Source of the DNA: Polyangiaceae bacterium
Lineage (GTDB): Bacteria > Myxococcota_A > Polyangia > Polyangiales > Polyangiaceae
Reading direction: 5' to 3'
Length of the DNA stretch: 51,891 nt
Assembly: GCA_035414525.1 (NCBI GenBank)
Contig: DAONZA010000008.1
Location: 1 to 51,891 of the forward strand
The notes below the pieces were generated by a model that saw only the letters and a list, made by a program, of their open reading frames with translations, did not search any database and was not told where the DNA came from. The position numbers and the translations under genes were made by a program. This document shows, in pieces, positions 35,548 to 42,964 of this stretch (position 1 is the first letter of the stretch; each line of letters begins with the position of its first letter).

Positions 35548-36918
35548 ATGCGTTGGTTTGTAAAATATTTGGGTTTCGGGTCTTATGCTGTTGCTTGTTT
35601 TGCCTGTGGTTCCTCCGAGCCGTCACTGGAGCCTGTCGCGCAGCAGGTGCAACCGATTGTGGGGGGCGTTGTGGATACGCCACAGGAAAACGATGCCGTG
35701 GTGATGATCTACGCCGGGACGAGCATTTTTGGAGGGGGGTTATGTACTGGCGCCCTCATCGCGCCGAACGTTGTTCTGACCGCCCGGCACTGCGTATCCA
35801 AGACCACGGAATACGTGGATTGTTATCAAGACGTGATATCGGATTTGGATCCGCAGACGCTGTTGATCATGCGGGGGTATGATGCTGCTCACAATCCACA
35901 AGGAAAGTTGGCGAAAGGTAAGCATATCGTTCACGACGGTTCGACGAGTTTGTGTGGACATGATTTGGCTTTGATTGTGTTGGACAAGGATGACGTGACG
36001 GGCGAGACGCAGTCTCAGATTCCGATCGTTCCGCTGCGGGTGCGTGTGAACAAGGGACCGGAGATTGGCGAGGTATTCACGGCGGTGGGCTATGGTTTGA
36101 CGGACCCGAAGGATATGAACAGTTCGGGCGTGCGATATCGTCGGGATGGCGTGAAAGTATTGCGGTTCGTCATGGGTACCGGGGACGCGGATTTTACGGG
36201 AACGCAGTCGATTTGCCAGGGAGACTCGGGAGGACCAGCGATTTCGGCGAATCATGCGGTGATAGGGGTGACCTCTCGGGGGTTGAACTGTATGGGGGAT
36301 GACAACATCTGGACGCGCACGGATCGGTTCAAGGCATTGATCGATGAAGCCGTGCGTCTCGCTGGAACCACGTATACGAGCGAGGAGGGGAAGCAATACG
36401 ATGGGACGCCGAGGCTGGAGTTATGCAACGATGGGGTATGTCCCGAGGGGTTGACGTGTGTGCAGGGATTTCATGGTCAGTATTGCACGCGGTCGTGTGA
36501 TCTGGCAGCGCCGAATTGTGCTTCGGGACAAACGTGCGGGGACGTGGGAGCGGGCAGTGGCTATTGTTTTATGAACGAGCCGTGCTCGGCACCCGAGGAT
36601 TGTGCGGAGGGGCTTCGTTGTGTGAACGATGGCAAGAATTACTGCTCGCCGCTCTGTGGTCTGCAGGGGGAGTGTCCGGTCGGGTTTTCCTGCGCGCCGG
36701 AGGTAGGAGTATGTTTCAAGGAGAAGAGCGCGGGGTCGGTGTATAGCCCACCGGAGTCTGGTGGATGTGCCTACGCGCCCGTATCTCATTCTGCCGGGTG
36801 GTTTGGGTTGGGTATGCTGCTGCTCATGGGATCGGCATCCCGATTTCGGCGTGCGAAACGCGATGATGGAAAGAGGGATATGGGAACTCGAGTCTCTGCT
36901 CGAAGACGAACGATTTAG
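35548..36918 (+). CDS. Secreted trypsin-like (S1) serine protease zymogen with C-terminal Cys-rich repeats and a MYXO-CTERM-like tail
   Basis: Signal MRWFVKYLGFGSYAVACFACGSS. A pro-region ends at the classic mature N-terminus IVGG. The catalytic His sits in LTARHC and the catalytic Ser in CQGDSGGPA. The C-terminal Cys-rich modules are of the CxxGxxC type. The terminal GGCAYAPVSHSAGWFGLGMLLLMGSASRFRRAKR matches the MYXO-CTERM pattern. Confidence 0.85.
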   Translation: MRWFVKYLGFGSYAVACFACGSSEPSLEPVAQQVQPIVGGVVDTPQENDAVVMIYAGTSIFGGGLCTGALIAPNVVLTARHCVSKTTEYVDCYQDVISDLDPQTLLIMRGYDAAHNPQGKLAKGKHIVHDGSTSLCGHDLALIVLDKDDVTGETQSQIPIVPLRVRVNKGPEIGEVFTAVGYGLTDPKDMNSSGVRYRRDGVKVLRFVMGTGDADFTGTQSICQGDSGGPAISANHAVIGVTSRGLNCMGDDNIWTRTDRFKALIDEAVRLAGTTYTSEEGKQYDGTPRLELCNDGVCPEGLTCVQGFHGQYCTRSCDLAAPNCASGQTCGDVGAGSGYCFMNEPCSAPEDCAEGLRCVNDGKNYCSPLCGLQGECPVGFSCAPEVGVCFKEKSAGSVYSPPESGGCAYAPVSHSAGWFGLGMLLLMGSASRFRRAKRDDGKRDMGTRVSARRRTI

Positions 36919-37240
36919 CCTCGCGGCTCTTTTTGTTGTGCGGCGAACTCCAGCATCATCTGCAGTGCGGTTTCGAGATCTTCTCGTTGGGGAGGTTCGG
37001 GCAAGCTCATGAGCTGGCGTTTGAGTTGCAATAGATGGGTTCCGAACTGCTGATAGCGAAGACGGAAAGAATCCGAGGGGGCGTCTTGGATCCAACGCGC
37101 AACGATCTCTTGCAACTCGTCGAGATCGCTATCGACGAGCAGTTGAGCCATTTGGGAAGCCATGAGGTGAGGCATTGGGGGAAAGTCTAGCTCGGTCTTT
37201 GACGAAACGCATGGGTCGAGGCATAGGGATGGCAGTGCGA

Positions 37241-38473
37241 ATGAAGCGATACGATATGGACCGAATGTGCCTGGGAGCGATCGCGTTATGGTTGCTCGTG
37301 CTTGGGAGTTGCAAGTCGAAGGGGGCATCTTCCGACTCGCCGCAGGAGCAAAGTACGGAGATTCGGCCGTCTTCGACGGTGGTTTTGTCGGCGGCGCCGG
37401 AGCAATCTGAGGCAGCGGGAACGCATCGTCCGGTGAACAAGAAACTCGAGGTGGGGCAAAAGGTCGACATACCGAGTGGAGCGTTTTTGTCTGGAAGCAC
37501 GCCTGGGGATCGAGGCAGAGACGCTTCCTTGGAGCCCGCGTTGGTCAAGGTGGAACTTGGGGCCTATTCGATCGATCGGCTACCATATCCCAATGATCCG
37601 TCGATGGAACCTCGCACGGGGGTGACACGACGTGAGGCCGAGCAGTTATGTGCGGAGCGCAAGCAGCGGTTGTGTACGGAATTGGAGTGGGAGCGAGCGT
37701 GTAAGGGGCCGGAAGAGAATGCCTATTCCACGGGTCAAGGATGGGATGGGGCGTGCGAAAAACAGCCGCAGGCGTGTGCGAGCGGATTCGATGTGGTGGG
37801 CATGGGAACGATTCGCGAATGGACCTCGAGTGATTGGGATGTGGGCGATGGTGAGAGCAAGACCTCGGCGGTGTTGCGTGGAGGAAGGAAGGGTGTAGCG
37901 GATACGGAGCATCGTTGTGCGCGAAGGGAGCTTGCGGATGCGCAAGCCCAGGGGATGGATCTGGGGTTTCGTTGTTGTGGAGGTGCGGCCAATGCGGCGC
38001 GTGTCTCGAAGCCTCCCACGCTGCCGACGTTTCGCAGAGCCAAGCTCGATGCTTCCCAGGTAGCGAGCATGCTCAGGACGGTTCCACAGCTTGCGGATCT
38101 TGGTGAGGTGAAGTTTTTTCAAGAGCCCGACGATGTCAACCGAGTGGTGGCTCGCGGCGACGCGGGAAGGCAAGGCAATACACTGACGACCAGCCCCTTG
38201 TTGTGGAGCCCGGCACTCGGCGAAGAGCTGTTGGTCATGGCGGGTTTGGGAGCGTCTGGATCGTCGTTCATCGCGGCGTTCCATCGTCTGCCCGATGACC
38301 GTTATCGGATAGCATCGACGTTCGTGCTCAAAAACGATCCAGGGCCGATCGTGCTTGGATTCAACGGCTGGGTGAAAAATCGTCTGACTTGGAGTAGTTG
38401 TTGGGGTTGTATTGGGGAAGAAGGTCTCATCGTTCATCGCGATCAAGGGCGAATCGTGATCGAGCAGCGATGA
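37241..38473 (+). CDS. Lipoprotein with an FGE-sulfatase (SUMF1-like, DUF323) domain
   Basis: Signal and lipobox MKRYDMDRMCLGAIALWLLVLGSCKS; start chosen at 37241, while the ORF track starts at 37175. FGE-like motifs are present: IPSGAFLSGS..., ELEWERACKG, GTIREWTSSDWD, VLRGGRKG, GFRCCGG. Confidence 0.75.
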   Translation: MKRYDMDRMCLGAIALWLLVLGSCKSKGASSDSPQEQSTEIRPSSTVVLSAAPEQSEAAGTHRPVNKKLEVGQKVDIPSGAFLSGSTPGDRGRDASLEPALVKVELGAYSIDRLPYPNDPSMEPRTGVTRREAEQLCAERKQRLCTELEWERACKGPEENAYSTGQGWDGACEKQPQACASGFDVVGMGTIREWTSSDWDVGDGESKTSAVLRGGRKGVADTEHRCARRELADAQAQGMDLGFRCCGGAANAARVSKPPTLPTFRRAKLDASQVASMLRTVPQLADLGEVKFFQEPDDVNRVVARGDAGRQGNTLTTSPLLWSPALGEELLVMAGLGASGSSFIAAFHRLPDDRYRIASTFVLKNDPGPIVLGFNGWVKNRLTWSSCWGCIGEEGLIVHRDQGRIVIEQR

Positions 38474-38489
38474 ATTCGAATAGGTGTGG

Positions 38490-38957
38490 TTAGGAGTGGA
38501 ACCACGGTGGTGGAACGATGGACAAGTAGGATCGGTAATGGCTGATATACCGGTGCATTCGTTCGATGGCATCTCGAAGCACGGCGGGTTCGAGAGAATC
38601 TTTGGGTAGTTCGACAGCCAATGCGATATCACCCTCTTTGGTGAGGGTATGCTTGGCGAGCCGCATGTCGCGATTGACGGCAAGCAATCGACGGGTGATA
38701 TCGCTTGGTTTGGTGAGGGTGGGGGGGATTGCGGGGACGATCTTCAACAGGATCCAGTGGGAGGTGTTGCGAAGAAAGAAATCGACATCATCGTTTTCGT
38801 TGCGAAAGATACGAAGGGTCGTTTCATCCATCGTGAGAAATTGCCATCCGAAGGAGTCCAACCACGTTTTGATGGTTCTCATCTCCATGGGGAAAGCCAA
38901 TTTCTTCGGGGGCCAATCGAGGCAAACGTCGAACCGCGCATGATGTCTTGGCATCAC
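38490..38957 (-). CDS. Hypothetical cytoplasmic protein, possibly YbjN-like (putative sensory-transduction regulator / T3SS-chaperone-like fold)
   Basis: 155 aa and acidic. FRNENDDVDFFLRNTSHWILLKIV ... DIALAVELP resembles the YbjN family pattern. The assignment is weak. Confidence 0.4.
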   Translation of the reverse strand: MMPRHHARFDVCLDWPPKKLAFPMEMRTIKTWLDSFGWQFLTMDETTLRIFRNENDDVDFFLRNTSHWILLKIVPAIPPTLTKPSDITRRLLAVNRDMRLAKHTLTKEGDIALAVELPKDSLEPAVLRDAIERMHRYISHYRSYLSIVPPPWFHS

Positions 38958-38995
38958 CTCACGAGGTTCATTTTTGCGTTCGAGCGATCAAACAA

Positions 38996-39271
38996 TCAGC
39001 CGTCCGTTTCGTCGTCGGGGATTTCATTGACGCTTGGAAGTTTGCGAAGATCGGGGCGCGCAATTTTCCATGCTCGTTGAACGATCCAAGAAAGAGATCG
39101 GTCGAGACGGGCTGCCTCTTCCTTGATCTCTTGAAGCATGGCCTCTGGGAAGTAGAGGCTCTGCTTGCGTTTGTCTGTCTTCGAAGCTTCGTATTTGAGA
39201 TTTTCCTTATCGCCCATCGAACGGGGACCTCCGTCATACATGTCGTAGCCAGCGCCACATCGGCAGGGCAC
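38996..39271 (-). CDS. Small ribbon-helix-helix (CopG/Arc-like) DNA-binding protein
   Basis: QSLYFPEAMLQEIKEEAARLDRSLSWIVQRAWKIA has the beta-strand plus two helices signature of RHH proteins. The true start is probably internal, with M at 39217 or 39241. Confidence 0.5.
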   Translation of the reverse strand: MPCRCGAGYDMYDGGPRSMGDKENLKYEASKTDKRKQSLYFPEAMLQEIKEEAARLDRSLSWIVQRAWKIARPDLRKLPSVNEIPDDETDG

Positions 39272-39341
39272 AAAGTACCTCTGCTACGATAGAAGATCAA
39301 AGGGCGCGTGCATCGGGCGCGGATTGGCGTAGGCTGCCCCC

Positions 39342-40697
39342 ATGAAAAATTTGAGTTTGTGTAGCGAATTTGAGCAATTGTGCGCTCGGGGAAGGGCGAA
39401 GAGGCGGGGAAGAATTGTTTCTCTTATATCTTTTCTTTTCGTATTTTTGGGAGCGGGCCCCCTGCGGGCGCAATCCCAGTCGCAGAGTCCCTTTCATCTG
39501 GTCGAGCAATTGGCTCGCGTTTTGGTGTTGGTTGAGAATCACTATGTCCAACCTGTCGATCGAGCGAGGATGGTGGAGGGCGCGGTCAAGGGGATGGTGG
39601 CTGAACTTGATCCGCATTCTTCCTATCTTTCGCCGAAAGAATATGAAGAGTTTCGAAATGACACCGAGGGGCATTTCGTAGGGATCGGTGTGGAAGTGGA
39701 TGCACGCGATGGGCTCATCACTGTGATTCGTCCCATGGAAGGATCGCCTGCGGAGCGTGCCGGTTTGCGTCCGGGTGATCAAGTGATTGCCATCGATGAT
39801 TGGCCTACCCAAGCCAAGCCGCTCGACCAAGTCGTGCGACGCATTCGTGGTCAGCAAGGAACACCCGTATCGCTTCTGCTTCGTCGTCCTGGGGTGGCGC
39901 AACCGCTTCGTGTGCGCATTGTGCGCGCGCAGGTCCACGTGCGAAGTGTGATCGGGAAACGTCTCGAGGGCAACGTGGCGTATGTGGGCATCAAGCAGTT
40001 TCAACGGGGCACTCATCAGGAGTTTTTGCAGGTGCTTGGGGACTTGCGTTTGCAGCGAGACGAGCCTCTTGAAGGCATGATTTTGGACTTGCGCGCCAAT
40101 CCCGGAGGTCTTGTTCACGAATCGGCGCAGGTGGCGGATGAGTTGCTCGATGGGGGTATCATCTTTACGACGCGCGCTCGTGGTCGAGTGTTGGACGAGG
40201 TGACGGCGTCATTGGGTGGTGCGGCGAGTCGTCTTCCGCTAGCGGTGTTGGTCAACGAATTGACGGCGAGTGCGGCGGAGCTTGTGGCCGGGGCTATACA
40301 AGATCACGGCAGAGGGATCATCGTGGGAGCGAAGACATTTGGAAAAGGGTCCGTGCAAAGCATTGTGGAGTTGCCGGAGGGGGCGGCGCTCAAGCTTACG
40401 ACAACGTTGTACTACACGCCGCTGGGCAGAACGATTCAGGCGGAGGGGATAACGCCGGGCGTAGCCGTGCAGCAACCGGGCTCGGGAGATGGTTTTCCCA
40501 TTGTTCGTGAGCAAGATATCGAGGGACATCTTGCTTCACCGAACGCGGCGCCGCGAGTTTCCTCGCCTTCTACTGCGACGACCAGTGAGATCATGATTCC
40601 GAGGCATGTGCCGAGCAATCCGGTGGGGCGAGGGGATCGAGCCTTGTCGATTGCGTATCAGCTTTTGTTGAGTGATCTCATTGCGCGAAAAAAATAG
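39342..40697 (+). CDS. ctpA: C-terminal processing peptidase (S41A family, Ctp/Prc) with a PDZ domain
   Basis: The PDZ domain reads GIGVEVDARDGLITVIRPMEGSPAERAGLRPGDQVIAIDD. The S41 motifs are LDLRANPGGLV and GAKTFGKGSVQS. The N-terminal signal is hydrophobic. Confidence 0.9.
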   Translation: MKNLSLCSEFEQLCARGRAKRRGRIVSLISFLFVFLGAGPLRAQSQSQSPFHLVEQLARVLVLVENHYVQPVDRARMVEGAVKGMVAELDPHSSYLSPKEYEEFRNDTEGHFVGIGVEVDARDGLITVIRPMEGSPAERAGLRPGDQVIAIDDWPTQAKPLDQVVRRIRGQQGTPVSLLLRRPGVAQPLRVRIVRAQVHVRSVIGKRLEGNVAYVGIKQFQRGTHQEFLQVLGDLRLQRDEPLEGMILDLRANPGGLVHESAQVADELLDGGIIFTTRARGRVLDEVTASLGGAASRLPLAVLVNELTASAAELVAGAIQDHGRGIIVGAKTFGKGSVQSIVELPEGAALKLTTTLYYTPLGRTIQAEGITPGVAVQQPGSGDGFPIVREQDIEGHLASPNAAPRVSSPSTATTSEIMIPRHVPSNPVGRGDRALSIAYQLLLSDLIARKK

Positions 40698-40897
40698 ACC
40701 ACCGGCGTGCGATGTTCCGGGCGGTGACCACGAAACCACCTTGCCAAGCCCGCGCATCGGCAAGGGTCAAGATGGTGGTTGTGAGAAATGACAGCTAGCT
40801 TTTCGCGGACAAGGATACGGTAAGGGTAAATCCATGAGCGCTTGATCGGCGGCATGGGAAACGTTCATGGCCTGTGATACCTTGACGGTCTGCCATC

Positions 40898-42112
40898 ATG
40901 CGTCTTCTCATTGCTGATACCCTTCATCCTCTTGGGATCGAGGAATTGAGACACCTTGGAGCCGAGGTGATCTACGAACCCGAGATCGATAGTGAAACCT
41001 TACCCGATGCCATTCACAACGTTGGCATCCTTGTCGTTCGATCCAAAAGGGTCACCGCAAAAACCATTGATGCATCCAACCAACTCAATCTCATCGTGCG
41101 AGCGGGTCATGGGGTTGGCAACATCGATGTCGAAGCAGCTTCGACGAGGGGCATTTATGTTGCCTCGTGCAAGGGCATGAATGCGGTGGCCGTGGCGGAA
41201 CTCACGATGGGGCTGATCTTGTCGTTGGATCGTCGGATCCCGGATGCGGTGGAATCGGTTCGTGCTGGGCGCTGGGAAAAAGGCGGCTTTTCGGAAGCGT
41301 CGGGGTTGAAGGGCAAGCGCATCGGCATCATGGGGTTGGGGACGGTTGGGCGCGAGGTGTTGAGCCGTGCGAAAGCGTTCGGCATGATCCCGTATGCGTG
41401 GTCGCGGGGGCTGACGGCATCGCGTGCGAGAGAGTTCGACCTTACGTGCGTCAAATCGCCCAAAGATCTTGCTTCGAAAGTGGACGTTCTCACGGTTCAT
41501 CTTGCGGCCAGCGAACGCACGCGGGGCATTGTTTCCAGGGACGTGCTCGAGGCGCTTCCTCATGGCGCTACGTTCATCAACGCGGCTCGAAGCGAGCTTG
41601 TCGATTACGAGGCGTTGCTCGAAATCGCTCCTGCCAAAAACTTGCGGGTGGGACTGGATGTCTACGCAGACTTTCCCCATGTGCCCATGACAACGTTTGC
41701 TCCTCCAGCTTTTGCTCCCGAGGTCATCTGGTACGGTACTCCGCACATCGGCTCTCAGACCCAACAAGCCAAGCGGGCCGTGGCCGCTGAAACCGTCCGT
41801 ATCGTCCGCGGATTTCTCGTGGAAGGCTCTGTCCCCAACGCGGTCAATGTACGAACCGTTCACAGCGCCAGATACCAGATTGTCGTTCGCCATTACGACA
41901 AAATCGGCGCGCTAGCCAATACGCTCAATGTGCTAAAAAGGCACGGAATCAACGTGGAAGAACTCAAAACCAACGTATTCGATCATTCCTCTGCCGCTTG
42001 CACACGGATCAACGTGGTGGCGCGTCCGACCGAGCATTGCTTGCAAGAAATTGGAGCGTTCCACGACGAGGTATTGCATGTTCAGCTCGTCGCTTTGCCG
42101 ATTCTTGCTTAG
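40898..42112 (+). CDS. serA: D-3-phosphoglycerate dehydrogenase-like D-isomer 2-hydroxyacid dehydrogenase with a C-terminal ACT domain
   Basis: The NAD-binding motif is GIMGLGTVGREV. The catalytic region reads RSELVDYEALLEI...GLDVY. The C-terminal ACT-like region of about 80 aa reads HYDKIGALANTLNVLKRHGINVEE. Confidence 0.8.
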   Translation: MRLLIADTLHPLGIEELRHLGAEVIYEPEIDSETLPDAIHNVGILVVRSKRVTAKTIDASNQLNLIVRAGHGVGNIDVEAASTRGIYVASCKGMNAVAVAELTMGLILSLDRRIPDAVESVRAGRWEKGGFSEASGLKGKRIGIMGLGTVGREVLSRAKAFGMIPYAWSRGLTASRAREFDLTCVKSPKDLASKVDVLTVHLAASERTRGIVSRDVLEALPHGATFINAARSELVDYEALLEIAPAKNLRVGLDVYADFPHVPMTTFAPPAFAPEVIWYGTPHIGSQTQQAKRAVAAETVRIVRGFLVEGSVPNAVNVRTVHSARYQIVVRHYDKIGALANTLNVLKRHGINVEELKTNVFDHSSAACTRINVVARPTEHCLQEIGAFHDEVLHVQLVALPILA

Positions 42113-42893
42113 ATCGATTGGTTCGTCGGTCATCGTCACGGTAGCGTCGATCGCTTGCAACCATGCAGCGTCCGTCGATTCACGTTTCGATGATCCAGCG
42201 GCGCAGCGTCCCAATGGTTCGCGCAACCTCACCGTGGTGTTTGTGAACGGTGTGCCAACGCCCGTGGATTCATCGTTGCTGCGCGAAAAAGAACCACCGG
42301 TCGCGATGCAGGGCGAGGCATCGGTTACGTGGGATGTTCCGTCGGATTGGGTACAAGTGCCGGTATCGAGTCCGATGCGATTGTCGGAGTATCGGGTGGA
42401 CTCATCGAAGCCGGGTGGTGAGCCTGCGGAGCTATCTATTTTTCATCTTGGGCCTTCGGCGTTGCGAGTGGATGAGACGCTCGATCGCTGGGCATCCTCT
42501 TTCGAAGGGCAGCAAACCACGCGTTCCCGTCGACAGGTTGGCTCGATGCCGGTGTATATCGTGGAGGTATCGGGAACGTATCGAGAGTCGGAGATGGGGC
42601 TCGAGCCGGGCGTGGAACCTCGAAGTCATTCATCGTGGGCGTTGATTGGCGCGATTGTCGTGGCGCCGGTCGGACCATTTTATTTCAAGCTGCTCGGTCC
42701 GCGGGATACGGTGCATTCTTCGAGGGAAGGGTTTGTCCACATGCTCGATTCCATGAGATTGGGTGATGCGCAGGCGTCTGGGGCAAGTTCCGCGCAGGGA
42801 GAGCCGAAACCCGTAGGGGCGGTGGACGCGGGCGAGACTCGTGCCATGCCGGAACGTGGAAATCCTCCCGCCCCTTCGACGAGCCTTCGCTGA
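42078..42893 (+). CDS. Hypothetical lipoprotein immediately upstream of the MVP homologue
   Basis: Signal and lipobox MFSSSLCRFLLRSIGSSVIVTVASIACNH; the start overlaps the serA 3' end. The protein is Ser/Pro-rich with no known motif. The start is uncertain. Confidence 0.45.
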   Translation: MFSSSLCRFLLRSIGSSVIVTVASIACNHAASVDSRFDDPAAQRPNGSRNLTVVFVNGVPTPVDSSLLREKEPPVAMQGEASVTWDVPSDWVQVPVSSPMRLSEYRVDSSKPGGEPAELSIFHLGPSALRVDETLDRWASSFEGQQTTRSRRQVGSMPVYIVEVSGTYRESEMGLEPGVEPRSHSSWALIGAIVVAPVGPFYFKLLGPRDTVHSSREGFVHMLDSMRLGDAQASGASSAQGEPKPVGAVDAGETRAMPERGNPPAPSTSLR

Positions 42894-42964
42894 ATTCCAA
42901 GGATATTTTTACTGATTCGGTGATATAGACGCGACAGGTGGGTTCCTTTCGCAAGGAGATAGAT

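Noticed and set aside
36915-37328. 137-aa minus-strand ORF between the S1 protease and the FGE lipoprotein
   Set aside because: It overlaps the likely 5' end of the FGE lipoprotein gene and has no motif. A real small protein starting at MPHLMASQ is possible, but I could not support it.
37646-38683. 345-aa minus-strand ORF
   Set aside because: Antisense to the FGE-domain lipoprotein gene (37241..38473), which has family motifs. Low-complexity translation.
38490-39271. RHH plus YbjN-like pair as a toxin-antitoxin system
   Set aside because: No toxin-family ORF (RelE/ParE/MazF/VapC-like) is adjacent, and neither protein resembles a toxin. Kept only as a low-interest observation.
39297-40118. 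273-aa minus-strand ORF
   Set aside because: Antisense to the Ctp (S41 peptidase) gene, which has clear PDZ and S41 motifs.
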